From TPA_inf: Saccharomyces (Eukaryota): a stretch of DNA of 64,000 nt. Shown piece after piece: positions 10,490-20,713 of this stretch; positions within the stretch are counted from its first letter, which is position 1, and each line of letters starts with the position of its first letter. The stretch is taken from positions 416,001-480,000 of the forward strand of contig BK006936.2 in assembly GCA_000146045.2 (NCBI GenBank), given 5' to 3'. The translations under genes and the position numbers were made by a program. The notes beneath the pieces are model-generated. The model had not been told where the DNA came from, did not search any database, and worked only from the letters and a program-made list of their open reading frames with translations.

Positions 10490-11058
10490 AGCGCTAGTTT
10501 TATATATGTTAATGTTCTAAGTTAATTAGTTAGTACTCTTGTCGTGCGCTATGATAAACAAAGGAAGGGGGTGCACAGAACAGCAGTCCTTTAGAGGATA
10601 CTACAGTAGAAAGCTAGAGTCCTGACTTACAACTTGAGCATGCCGTTATGGGCGGCTATTTCATTTCACCTGAACCGTATTAAAATATCATCTTCCTTGC
10701 TGCTACAACCTTCATTGTAGCCGGTTTATAAGATTACCATCATTGTCTACCCCTCTTTAACTTCTCCCGAAAAGCAGAGTTGCCCTTAGCTGTATCCTGT
10801 TCTAGCTGTGCTAAACTGTACGTTCTTATTAAGCCCATCCTCGTCCGCTGGGCTCACCCAGCGCCTTACATACTTTGCGAAAAAGTCGTTTTTCTGCTTG
10901 GTGTTAGGAGCTGTCTCCCATAGTGTAAACTCCCAGTATTGCCTCAACCTCACTTGCTGTACTTTATAGTTGCCGCGCCACCTAAAAAAAAAAACAAAAA
11001 AGACACCACCTAAAAAAACGGGTGAGGGGAATGCACGTGACCCAGGTGCGGGTACCAT
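10333..11058 (-). CDS. YBR090C: Spliced small ORF, join(11058..10874,10516..10333) on minus strand, 122 aa; exon 2 overlaps the NHP6B CDS in a different reading frame
   Basis: Exon 1 runs from the ATG at 11058 to 10874 (61 codons plus 2 nt), ending AA|GTATGT. The 5' splice site GTATGT is at 10873..10868. The branchpoint TACTAAC is at 10535..10529. The 3' splice site TTAG ends at 10517. The joined reading frame continues for 60 codons to a TAA ending at 10333, for 122 aa in total. All signals were read directly from the sequence. Confidence 0.6.
10517..10873 (-). other. Spliceosomal intron (357 nt) with consensus GTATGT...TACTAAC...TAG, ending 27 nt upstream of the NHP6B ATG
   Basis: The consensus yeast splice signals were read on the minus strand. 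The intron lies in the NHP6B 5' leader region and, at the same time, inside the YBR090C coding region. Confidence 0.6.
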
Positions 11059-11154
11059 ATAAATGTACTTCTAAAATTGTCTACACAGCTTATAATGCTA
11101 TATATGCAGGTTACTATTATATACAAACAGCACAGACAGTCCTCATATTTACAG

Positions 11155-11484
11155 CTATTTTTTGGAATCATCAGCTATTTCTTTGGCCACAAATCGCGAA
11201 TAATGTCGTAGCTGATTCTCTGGCCCGAAACCTCGTGTTTGTACAAATCCTCCAATGAGGCGATTGCTGTAATGCATCTTTGCCACACATCTGTCTATGC
11301 AGCATTGCTCACCTTTCGTTAGATCAGGCTCACCAAAGCCCTCATGCGGAATACATTTCTCAAGACACGTACTGAGAATATTGTTGAAAGTCGAGCACAT
11401 CGCATCGAATTGCACTCCTGCAACGTCTAGCTTCTCTTGCGAGACCTCCTGGTTGCCCCTTAGACTATTTAAAAAGAACGACAT
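11155..11484 (-). CDS. TIM12: Small Tim protein of the mitochondrial inner-membrane carrier import (TIM22) pathway, twin CX3C motifs
   Basis: The 109-aa ORF carries the small-Tim spacing CxxxC...CxxxC (CSTFNNILSTCLEKC...CCIDRC). Its position between NHP6B and PHO3 fits TIM12. Confidence 0.8.
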   Translation of the reverse strand: MSFFLNSLRGNQEVSQEKLDVAGVQFDAMCSTFNNILSTCLEKCIPHEGFGEPDLTKGEQCCIDRCVAKMHYSNRLIGGFVQTRGFGPENQLRHYSRFVAKEIADDSKK

Positions 11485-11697
11485 CCTTTTCTTGGTGCAC
11501 TTTAATATTATACGGGAGCTCCGATATCTATTTCAGCAATATAGACTACAATCAACTTTGCTGTTCTTACTTTTTAGTTAACTTTTTTCTTTTCATTCTG
11601 CCGCTAATCTACAAACTCGTTACCCTACTAGTACATAAAAGAAGATCAGAATCGATGGGTATTTATTTATATTTGCAATATTATTTATTTATACAAT

Positions 11698-13101
11698 TTA
11701 TTGTTTTAATAGGGTATCGTTGTAGTGAGTAGTATTCCAGTCCCAGTAGAAGGTCAATTCGGTGACGTTACTGACACTGCTGACGTTACAGACCTTTAGG
11801 AAGTCAGTACCAGCTACTCTCTTTTCAGCATAGTCGTAGAAATCATTGATTTCACAAGAGAACCCTGGGCCGGTGGAACAGGTTTCAATTGGAACGACAG
11901 CATCGTTAATGACGTATCTGACGTAGGTGTCGTTAGAACATTGGAATTTTTCGGTGTAGACACGAGCACCTTGAGGAACGTACCAGGACTTATGGAAGGT
12001 GTTGCCCATGAATGGAACGTATTCGGCAGTTAAGTTGTTTTTGTCGTCAATTATACCAGCGGTGGTCAAATAGTTTAGGATATCGGTATCGTGGGTAAAA
12101 CTCAACCAGACTTTTAAGTCTTGAGTTTCACTTTGCTTTAACAACTTCAAAGTAGCGTTAAACAAGTTGGCACCGACGGATCTGATCATATCATAACCTG
12201 GTCCATCCTGGTAAAACGATACCAGGTCCTGGCCGTATGAGTAACGTACCAATTCATCTTCGGTGAAGATATCACAAACATCACTGTAGCCTCTAGCGTT
12301 CAATTCGTATGCACACCATGCAAACAAAGTGTTGGCGTCCTTTGAGGTCAAATTCAAACCCTTGTTTTCTTTGTTTAATCTCTTGGCAATGTCATCCAAG
12401 TATGTGGTATCGTATTTGTCCAAAATGTCATCGTTAGCATCTTCATCCCATCCTGGGCACGCATTACCAGCACTCAAAGTGTTTGCGCCGGCGGACATGG
12501 CTTCACTGACAGTCTGCAAGGAGATGTTGAATTGGTCACCTAAACCATCAATGAAATATTGAGCAGTGTCATGAACCCTTTCAGAACTAGCGGCGAAAAT
12601 TGGGAAACTGGTTTGATTTTCGAACATGTAGCCATATTGCGCTAAAAACTCACGAGCATGTCTCTTAGCATCCATCTCACCAGTGTATGGATTCAAAACA
12701 TTGTCTGAGTTGGCAAAAGTGGTTTCCATTTCCAAATCATCGTCATCACGGATGAAAAACTCGTAATCATCGTTCAAGAATGACAATGAGCCGTTGAATT
12801 GACGTGTGTAATTGCTCAACTTATACCATGTTTTCATGATGGTAGCACCTTTACTGTAAGTTGGGTATCTTTCACCATGTCTGGCAAGCATTTGCAATTG
12901 TTTCATTTCACAACCTTCAGGCAAGTCACGAGAAATACCATAGTCGCCAGGGAAAGAGAAGTATGGCCCGGCACCACCCAGGAATGGGAATATGTCTTCC
13001 TGAGTGCCAATTTTGGCAACATCGGCTAACTCTCCGAGGGGAATTGTACCTGCATTAACTAAAGCAGCGGCTAGAACCGAATAAACAACAGACTTAAACA
13101 T
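11698..13101 (-). CDS. PHO3: Secreted acid phosphatase (histidine acid phosphatase family), constitutive/thiamine-repressible isozyme
   Basis: The 467-aa ORF has a signal peptide (MFKSVVYSVLAAALVNA) and the histidine acid phosphatase motif RHGERYP. It is many times N-glycosylated. It forms a near-identical tandem pair with the downstream ORF. Confidence 0.92.
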   Translation of the reverse strand: MFKSVVYSVLAAALVNAGTIPLGELADVAKIGTQEDIFPFLGGAGPYFSFPGDYGISRDLPEGCEMKQLQMLARHGERYPTYSKGATIMKTWYKLSNYTRQFNGSLSFLNDDYEFFIRDDDDLEMETTFANSDNVLNPYTGEMDAKRHAREFLAQYGYMFENQTSFPIFAASSERVHDTAQYFIDGLGDQFNISLQTVSEAMSAGANTLSAGNACPGWDEDANDDILDKYDTTYLDDIAKRLNKENKGLNLTSKDANTLFAWCAYELNARGYSDVCDIFTEDELVRYSYGQDLVSFYQDGPGYDMIRSVGANLFNATLKLLKQSETQDLKVWLSFTHDTDILNYLTTAGIIDDKNNLTAEYVPFMGNTFHKSWYVPQGARVYTEKFQCSNDTYVRYVINDAVVPIETCSTGPGFSCEINDFYDYAEKRVAGTDFLKVCNVSSVSNVTELTFYWDWNTTHYNDTLLKQ

Positions 13102-13547
13102 AGGTAATTTGGAATGGCCCTTTCTTTACTGTAGTATTTTTTTTATGATAATCAAGGCATAATTGACTTCCATCCAGCAAATTTAAGCACTTATATATGT
13201 TGCATAGGACTACTCAAAGCTGTTTACTATTTCCCAAACTGGTATTATTTAGTAAATTTCTTTTGAATTTTTTTTTTTTCACTCTTCCTTTTTTTCATTT
13301 TTGCGATGCCAGTTCTTTGAGTTTCCCTTATACGGCATATGCACTTAAGGTTTGATTTTGCTAATTAAAGGCGTGCCTAAGCGGCGACTAATACTGTAAT
13401 ATAATATGGGTTCCTGACTGACTACAGGGATTGAAACATCCATTTACCTGTTTCGGATATCTCTGCAGATTTTAATCTTTCGGCAAAATTTAGATAAAAA
13501 ATTTGGGTATTCGTATTTAGTTTCCAATATTATTTAGTTATACAAAA

Positions 13548-14951
13548 CTATTGTCTCAATAGACTGGCGTTGTAATGAGTAGTGTTCCAGTCCCAGTAGA
13601 AGGTCAATTCAGTAGAGTTACTGACGCTGCTGACGTTACAGACCTTTAGGAAGTCAGTACCGGCTACTCTCTTTTCAGCATAGTCGTAGAAGTCATTGAT
13701 TTCACAAGAGAACCCTGGACCAGTGGAACAGGTTTCAATTGGAACAACAGCATCGTTAATGACGTATCTGACGTAGGTGTCGTTAGAACATTGGAATTTT
13801 TCGGTGTAGACACGAGCACCTTGAGGAACGTACCAGGATCTGTGGAAAGTGTTGCCCATGAATGGAACGTATTCGGCAGTTAAGTTGTTTTTGTCGTCAA
13901 TTATACCAGCGGTGGTCAAAAAGTTTAGGATATCGGTATCGTGGGTAAAACTCAACCAAACCTTTTGGTCTTGAATCTCACTTTGCTTTAATAATTTGAC
14001 TGAGGCATTGAACAAGTTGGAACCGACAGACTTGATAATGTCGTAACCTGGACCCTCATGGTAATAAGTGTGCAAGTCTTGGTAGTAGGAGTAATGGACT
14101 AATTCATCCTTGGTGAAAATATCACAGACATCACTGTAACCTTTAGCGTTCACTTCAAATGCACACCACGAGAATAAAGTACTAGCGTCAGTTGAGGTCA
14201 AGTTCAAACCCTTGTTTTCCTTGTTCAATCTCTTGGCAATGTCATCCAAGTAGGTTGTGTCGTATTCATTTACAATGTCATCATTGGCATCGTAGTCCCA
14301 AGCAGGACATGAGTTACAAGCACTCAAAGTGTTGGCACCAGCGGATTCAGCTTCACTGACAGTCTGCAAGGTGATGTTGAATTGGTCACCTAAACCATCA
14401 ATGAAATATTGAGCAGTGTCATGACATCTCTTAGAATTAGAGGTAAAAACGGCGAAACTGGTTTGGTTTTCGACCATGTAACCGTATTGAGCCAAGAAGT
14501 CACGAGCATGTCTCTTGGCGTTCATTTCACCAGTGTATGGGTTCAAAACATCGTCCGAGTTGGCAAAAGTGGTTTCCATTTCCAAATCATCGTCATCACG
14601 GATGAAAAACTCGTAATCATCGTTCAAGAATGACAATGAGCCGTTGAATTGACGAGTGTAATTGCTCAACTTATACCATGTACTCTTGATAGTCTTAGCC
14701 AGACTGACAGTAGGGTATCTTTCACCATGTCTACCAACCATTTGCAGTTGCTTCATTTCACAACCTTCAGGCAAATCACGAGAAATACCATAGTCGCCAG
14801 GGAAAGAGTAGTATGGTCCGGCACCACCCAAAAATGGGAAGATATCTTTTTGGGTACCAATCTTGTCGACATCGGCTAGTTTGCCTAAGGGAATGGTACC
14901 TGCATTGGCCAAAGAAGCGGCTAAAATTGAATAAACAACAGATTTAAACAT
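13548..14951 (-). CDS. PHO5: Repressible secreted acid phosphatase (histidine acid phosphatase family)
   Basis: The 467-aa paralogue of PHO3 carries the RHGERYP motif. Its promoter carries Pho4 E-boxes. Confidence 0.92.
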   Translation of the reverse strand: MFKSVVYSILAASLANAGTIPLGKLADVDKIGTQKDIFPFLGGAGPYYSFPGDYGISRDLPEGCEMKQLQMVGRHGERYPTVSLAKTIKSTWYKLSNYTRQFNGSLSFLNDDYEFFIRDDDDLEMETTFANSDDVLNPYTGEMNAKRHARDFLAQYGYMVENQTSFAVFTSNSKRCHDTAQYFIDGLGDQFNITLQTVSEAESAGANTLSACNSCPAWDYDANDDIVNEYDTTYLDDIAKRLNKENKGLNLTSTDASTLFSWCAFEVNAKGYSDVCDIFTKDELVHYSYYQDLHTYYHEGPGYDIIKSVGSNLFNASVKLLKQSEIQDQKVWLSFTHDTDILNFLTTAGIIDDKNNLTAEYVPFMGNTFHRSWYVPQGARVYTEKFQCSNDTYVRYVINDAVVPIETCSTGPGFSCEINDFYDYAEKRVAGTDFLKVCNVSSVSNSTELTFYWDWNTTHYNASLLRQ

Positions 14952-15044
14952 TGGTAATCTCGAATTTGCTTGCTCTATTTGTTGTTGTTCTTATTCTCAT
15001 GAGAGATGAAGCCATACTAACCTCGACTTAGCAAAACATCAGCG

Positions 15045-15053
15045 CTTATATAC
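15045..15053 (-). promoter_or_regulatory. PHO5 TATA box (TATATAAG on the minus strand), about 100 bp upstream of ATG
   Basis: The plus strand reads cttatata at 15045..15052. Confidence 0.6.
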
Positions 15054-15198
15054 GTTTCATTTCGACAATTCAAAGATGTTTACCCTTATCCCAAATGGGT
15101 ATATGCCTTGCCAAGTAAGGTGACCAATTTGATAATTTGGCATGTGCGATCTCTTCGAAAACAGGGACCAGAATCATAAATTTAGTCTGTGCTAGTCC

Positions 15199-15204
15199 CA
15201 CGTG
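15199..15204. promoter_or_regulatory. PHO5 UASp2: high-affinity Pho4 E-box CACGTG, about 250 bp upstream of ATG
   Basis: The sequence cccCACGTGtg lies at the documented distance from the PHO5 start. Confidence 0.75.
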
Positions 15205-15305
15205 TGAGTGCCAAGGTTGTATCGATTCATTTAGAGATTGCCTATTCAATTAACTCTTTTAATCACTTTTACTTTTTTTGGCATTGTGCAGTTGCGTTCT
15301 ATGCG

Positions 15306-15313
15306 AAAACGTG
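15306..15313 (-). promoter_or_regulatory. PHO5 UASp1: low-affinity Pho4 site CACGTTTT (minus strand), about 360 bp upstream of ATG
   Basis: The plus strand reads aaaacgtg, which is CACGTTTT on the gene strand. The spacing relative to UASp2 matches the classical PHO5 promoter. Confidence 0.7.
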
Positions 15314-16035
15314 CTAATTTAATATATATTTCTTTGTGCAGACAAAGAAAAAGCGCTATGAACCTTTTACCTTCGTTTGAAGTTTATAGACGACGTCCGC
15401 TTACATGAGAAAACATTAAAGCAGCGCACATAAGATGACTTCCAAATACGTTGACATATTTGCGCATTCTTGTTGAATACAACTTTCGGATCCTTGTAAT
15501 GCCGGTCTCCGGCGTCCTGTAAAGAGAGCGTGCGACACGCCGCTATTAGCGTGGGGACTGACATCAGGTCAACATTATTATTGTAGCGAGCTACTTTCGG
15601 TCAGTAAATAGAACATATGTAGAGATACAAGCGATTATTAGAAGGAGCGGACCTACAACAAAGTTGGGTCACGTTTCTCGCAATTATTACTTGGATGCCC
15701 TCCTAGCTAATGCCAATGTGCAGTAGTAACTTATCAGTCCGATGTGTAAAAAATAGAACTAATTTTTTGCGAAAAGATGGACAAAAACCATCTCTGGTCA
15801 ATTTTCTCACTAAAGAGGGACGGAGTCTCTTGTTTTCTTCTATTAGTGCACAGGGAATGTTTTGATTTTCCCTTTTTTTTTCTTTCGCTTCTTCAACAGT
15901 GGTAAAAATAAAAATTATTGGCGATGGGATAACCAAGGAACATTGTATTTAGCAATTGAAAATTACGGTAAAGGCAGCCGCTCTGACTTGATCTCTGACA
16001 TTAAAAATTCGGAAACAATAAATATTTCTTTTAAG

Positions 16036-18297
16036 ATGCGGGTTTTAATAACTAACGATGATGGTCCCTTAAGTGATCAGTTTTCACCATACATTAGACC
16101 TTTTATTCAGCACATTAAAAGAAATTATCCTGAATGGAAAATCACGGTTTGTGTACCTCATGTCCAGAAATCATGGGTGGGTAAGGCTCATCTTGCTGGT
16201 AAAAATTTGACAGCTCAATTCATATATTCTAAAGTTGACGCTGAAGACAATACTTTTTGGGGCCCATTTATCCAGCCACAAATTAGGTCAGAAAACTCTA
16301 AATTACCTTATGTTCTCAATGCTGAAATTCCGAAAGATACAATTGAGTGGATATTAATCGATGGAACTCCAGCATCGTGCGCAAACATCGGGCTGCACCT
16401 ATTGTCTAATGAACCGTTTGATCTAGTACTGTCGGGTCCAAATGTTGGTAGAAATACATCTGCTGCTTATATTACCTCTTCTGGTACCGTAGGAGGCGCA
16501 ATGGAATCTGTTATTACTGGAAATACAAAGGCCATTGCTATTTCTTGGGCCTATTTTAATGGATTGAAAAACGTCTCCCCACTTTTAATGGAGAAGGCCT
16601 CTAAGAGATCTTTAGATGTTATCAAACATCTTGTTAAGAATTGGGACCCAAAAACAGATCTATATAGTATCAATATTCCTTTAGTGGAGAGTTTAAGTGA
16701 TGATACAAAGGTTTACTATGCACCAATTTGGGAAAATAGATGGATTCCAATATTCAACGGCCCTCACATTAACCTAGAGAATAGCTTTGCTGAGATCGAA
16801 GACGGTAATGAATCATCATCGATTTCCTTTAATTGGGCTCCAAAATTTGGGGCACATAAGGATTCTATTCACTATATGGACGAATACAAGGACAGGACTG
16901 TTTTAACTGATGCTGAAGTTATTGAATCCGAAATGATCAGTGTCACTCCCATGAAAGCCACTTTCAAGGGTGTGAACCACCTTCTTGGAGAGTTGAAACT
17001 GACTGAGGAAGAAAATAATTTATCAAAAACAAATAACCTCATCGTGGTAAGTATAGACCCAATGGAATATATATACAAACCTCTAACCCACGCCCTGAAA
17101 AAATATCTGCCACAAGTGGAGATTGTATCAAACTTGCCAGAATTTGACAATGGAGGGTGTGAAAAAGAAATGAAGGTTTTTCATTACGGTGATTACGAAC
17201 AGCTAGATATGGACAAACTAATGGAACTGCCCAATAATTACTTCACAAACTCTTATATATATAGGAAGGCATTGATAAGAAAACACTTTCTTTCGCATAC
17301 CATACAGACTTATACTGCGAAGAACCCAGAGTCCATTTTAAAGAAGGCATATTTGGAATCATTCACTATTGATTTAGATTATGCTGAATTTCTAGACGAC
17401 GCATTAGATGAAAATTGGGAATTACGCCAAGAGTTGGAGAATGAAAGCCAAGATAAATGGTGGATCGTGAAACCGAGTATGAGCGATAAAGGTCAAGGTA
17501 TCAGGGTATTTAAGACTATTGAAGATTTACAGGCTATTTTCGATTCCTTTGACGATGAAGACAGCGAAGCAGAAGAGAGTGGAAATGACGACGATGCTGA
17601 TGATGTAAATGGCGAATTCATGGATAATAACAAGGTTAACATTTCCCAATTGCGCCACTTTATTATACAAGAATATTTAACCAATCCGTTACTATTGGCA
17701 TCTATGGATAATAGAAAGTTCCACATAAGATGTTACGTCGTCTGTAGGGGAGATTTGCAAGTTTTTGTTTATGATAGAATGCTAGCGCTCTTTGCTGCCA
17801 AGCCATTTGTTCCTCTAGATCCATATGCGTATTCCGTAACTGATTTGAAAGATTTGGAATGCCACTTGACTAACACATGTCTGCAGAGCAAAAAGAAGGA
17901 TAAAGATTCTTCTGTTTTGGAGTTTGACTCCATAGAGGAAATTCCAAATGAGAGAAAGTCCAATATTAAGGAGCAAATCCATAGCATAACGAACGACGTT
18001 TTCTTAGCTGCTGTAAATGTAAATAGATTAAACTTCCAACCGTTACCAAACGCATTTGAAACATATGGCGTAGACTTTTTGATTGATTCGAATTACGAAG
18101 TTAAATTACTAGAGATCAACGCTTTCCCAGACTTCAAACAAACTGGGAAAGATTTGAAGAACCTCATTGATGAATTATTTGATGACACTGTCAAATACTG
18201 TGTTACCCCCATCTTTAACGAGAATAGAAATAAGACAGATGATGAAACAGACCCGAACTTCGTAAAAGTCATTGATTACACTTCAAACGGTTGGTGA
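16036..18297 (+). CDS. PBY1: Tubulin-tyrosine-ligase-like protein with N-terminal SurE-like phosphatase domain (P-body associated), 753 aa
   Basis: The supplied ORF is 811 aa. The annotated product starts at the internal Met59 (MRVLITNDDGPLSD), which is the SurE-type N-terminus. The C-terminal half is TTL-like. Confidence 0.8.
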   Translation: MRVLITNDDGPLSDQFSPYIRPFIQHIKRNYPEWKITVCVPHVQKSWVGKAHLAGKNLTAQFIYSKVDAEDNTFWGPFIQPQIRSENSKLPYVLNAEIPKDTIEWILIDGTPASCANIGLHLLSNEPFDLVLSGPNVGRNTSAAYITSSGTVGGAMESVITGNTKAIAISWAYFNGLKNVSPLLMEKASKRSLDVIKHLVKNWDPKTDLYSINIPLVESLSDDTKVYYAPIWENRWIPIFNGPHINLENSFAEIEDGNESSSISFNWAPKFGAHKDSIHYMDEYKDRTVLTDAEVIESEMISVTPMKATFKGVNHLLGELKLTEEENNLSKTNNLIVVSIDPMEYIYKPLTHALKKYLPQVEIVSNLPEFDNGGCEKEMKVFHYGDYEQLDMDKLMELPNNYFTNSYIYRKALIRKHFLSHTIQTYTAKNPESILKKAYLESFTIDLDYAEFLDDALDENWELRQELENESQDKWWIVKPSMSDKGQGIRVFKTIEDLQAIFDSFDDEDSEAEESGNDDDADDVNGEFMDNNKVNISQLRHFIIQEYLTNPLLLASMDNRKFHIRCYVVCRGDLQVFVYDRMLALFAAKPFVPLDPYAYSVTDLKDLECHLTNTCLQSKKKDKDSSVLEFDSIEEIPNERKSNIKEQIHSITNDVFLAAVNVNRLNFQPLPNAFETYGVDFLIDSNYEVKLLEINAFPDFKQTGKDLKNLIDELFDDTVKYCVTPIFNENRNKTDDETDPNFVKVIDYTSNGW

Positions 18298-18405
18298 AAC
18301 AAAAAAAAAAAAAGAACCCATCCTAAAATACTGTTATTATTACTAAATAGTGCTAAATAATACATATGCCTTGATTTTATTTCCGAAATTTTTTGTTTTG
18401 TCAAT

Positions 18406-19698
18406 TTAGGCTCTATTAGCTTCTTCATCAGGTTCATTATCGTCTACAACACCGTCTTCCATGGTATTTTCAATTTCTTCCTCAAAATTTGTTGTCTTAT
18501 TTGTTGTAGCACTGATCAGACCTCTCTTCACAACACGTAGAGCCACCGGGATAGTAATATCATCGTCAGATATACCCAAATATTCCCGACTCCAATTTAA
18601 AATCCTACCTCTTATTCTATTGGCTTTTATTACAGACTTTCTGATTTTTTGTAAGTTTCTTATGAATTCTTTATTCCTCTGTAGTGCAATCTGCGACAGC
18701 TGTCGGGCAGACTCAATTTCCTCATTTAACTGTTGTTGTTCGGCCGCTGTTAATGTTGATATAGAAGCAGAACCGGAAGAAGATGGCAGCAACGATAACA
18801 GCGCATTAGATTGTTCCAACCTTGGCAATGCAAAAAAAGGATCTTCCTCTCCAAATTCTTCCATGCCATTATTGATATGACCAGCTTCAGTAGACAAACT
18901 ATTCGAGTTAACCTCGTTGATATTGTTTTTGTTGTTAATGTCATCCTCGTCGCTTGCCCCTCTATCCTCTGGAAGGGTCAAATTGTGATTATAAGATGGT
19001 AGGTTCAAGTTAGATTCATAAATTGGTTCAGGATGATCTCCTAAAAAAACCTCCAAAAACTGGGAATATCTAACAACTGACATCTGTTCTTTTTCAATCA
19101 TTAGAATTATTTGCAAGGCTAAATTTTTCAAAATTGGGCTTGAAAATGTCCTTGAGATAGTTTTATGATTTATTATATCCCCTAGGGAAAGAATGGGAGT
19201 CAAAATCTCCTTTACATTCACTAGTTTTGATAGGTCGTCATCGTCTTCTTCGCCGTAATACTCATCAGTGATATTTTCGTCTTCCTTCTCACTACCATCG
19301 ATGTCGTTTTCATCACCGACTAAAACAGGCTCGACGTTGATGTCAGGTGTGAATTTTATTCTTTTGCGTCTACTATCAGTGACAATATTTGTTTGCAGAA
19401 GGCGATGCTCCGAACCGTTATAGAACACAGTTTGCTCAATCATTGGCTTAGAATTGTTCAAGTCTCTTCTTGTTACTACTTCGCTTCTCTGCAAAAGTTT
19501 GTTACCTCTGTTAGAGGATATGCCAGTGGCCTCAGGATAGATTAGTTTTCCATCAAGGGATCTTTTCAGTACCTGATAGTTACCGCTTTTTTCCTTTATT
19601 ATCCTTCTAGTAAATGTGCTAATTATATTCGATTCATTAGCTAACACACTCTTGCTTTCCAATTCTGCGTTGTTTTTCATACTGCTCCTAATAGTCAT
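18406..19698 (-). CDS. RXT2: Rpd3L histone deacetylase complex subunit (430 aa)
   Basis: The supplied ORF is 454 aa. It was trimmed to the internal ATG at 19698 (MTIRSSMKNN), which I verified on the minus strand. The protein is acidic and low-complexity. Confidence 0.75.
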   Translation of the reverse strand: MTIRSSMKNNAELESKSVLANESNIISTFTRRIIKEKSGNYQVLKRSLDGKLIYPEATGISSNRGNKLLQRSEVVTRRDLNNSKPMIEQTVFYNGSEHRLLQTNIVTDSRRKRIKFTPDINVEPVLVGDENDIDGSEKEDENITDEYYGEEDDDDLSKLVNVKEILTPILSLGDIINHKTISRTFSSPILKNLALQIILMIEKEQMSVVRYSQFLEVFLGDHPEPIYESNLNLPSYNHNLTLPEDRGASDEDDINNKNNINEVNSNSLSTEAGHINNGMEEFGEEDPFFALPRLEQSNALLSLLPSSSGSASISTLTAAEQQQLNEEIESARQLSQIALQRNKEFIRNLQKIRKSVIKANRIRGRILNWSREYLGISDDDITIPVALRVVKRGLISATTNKTTNFEEEIENTMEDGVVDDNEPDEEANRA

Positions 19699-20020
19699 CT
19701 CGATCAACAAGAAGCAACAGCTGAGATATTTGTTTCTCAACCTCTTTTTTGCAGGAGATGCTGTCATCAAGCAACGTTTCTTCTATTTGAAAGCGATTGT
19801 TTTACCAGAACAAAGTTCGCTACCCGGCTTCGGTCCTCTTGGGTATAGGAGACAATAATGATCTTCGAATAACGCCGTTATAAAGTGAACATTATAATTA
19901 TCCGCTTAAAGGCTTTTTAGTAATTTTGTAAAACAATTGCTTCTAATTTCAAGACTTCCAAAAGGTTTCTCGAGTAACTAGTGCTTTCCAATATCTACAA
20001 CAAAATAAAATAATAGAATA

Positions 20021-20713
20021 ATGGGTGTTTGCACTATTTTTAGGTGGCTCTTTGCTGCTTACTTGCTCTCTTCATATAAGTCGCTTCCTGGGGCATATTT
20101 TGTTAGGTTTTATTATTATGTTATTCAAAACTTGTTCTTGCCTATGTTTACAGGGTTTGAAACCGAGAATATTAAGAAACTTGAGAAAAATGAATATGGC
20201 TGTTTCTCGTACACCAGCCTAGATACCTATGCCTCTCCATTCGAATGTGACTTCTACTTTCATAAGAGCAATAGCACCTATTTTGCGGAATTGGACATTT
20301 CAAGAGGTAATCTCATGTGCAAGATTTTTCAAAAATTGATGCTGAATTCCAAGCATTATCCATATATTCCAGTTGCGAACGTTTTCACTAATTTCTTGAA
20401 GGAAATCAAGCCTTTTCAAAAGTACTCGGTTTCATCAAGGATTATCTGTTGGGATGAGAAATGGATTTACGTCATGAGTAGATTCACAATTAAAAAGGGC
20501 ACCGTCTTATGCTCATTATCATTGACCAAATACGTCCTTAAGGACGGTAGAAAGACCATCAAACCAAAGGATGCTCTTGAATACTGTGGTTTATATAATG
20601 AGAAGGTCGCCAAAATTTCTGAGGACAATCTAAAGCTTTTAACCGAGCGTTGTGGTTTCCACGAGACAGTACCATTGGAAAACTTGAGCCAAGAGTACTG
20701 TTCAGAAATCTAA
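20021..20713 (+). CDS. YBR096W: Uncharacterised 230-aa protein
   Basis: A 230-aa ORF in the expected position between RXT2 and VPS15, with an N-terminal hydrophobic segment. The name is positional. Confidence 0.6.
   Translation: MGVCTIFRWLFAAYLLSSYKSLPGAYFVRFYYYVIQNLFLPMFTGFETENIKKLEKNEYGCFSYTSLDTYASPFECDFYFHKSNSTYFAELDISRGNLMCKIFQKLMLNSKHYPYIPVANVFTNFLKEIKPFQKYSVSSRIICWDEKWIYVMSRFTIKKGTVLCSLSLTKYVLKDGRKTIKPKDALEYCGLYNEKVAKISEDNLKLLTERCGFHETVPLENLSQEYCSEI

Noticed and set aside
11025-11030. CACGTG E-box near TIM12 3' end / YBR090C 5' end
   Set aside because: It lies inside the YBR090C exon-1 coding sequence and downstream of TIM12. This is an unlikely promoter context and is probably coincidental.
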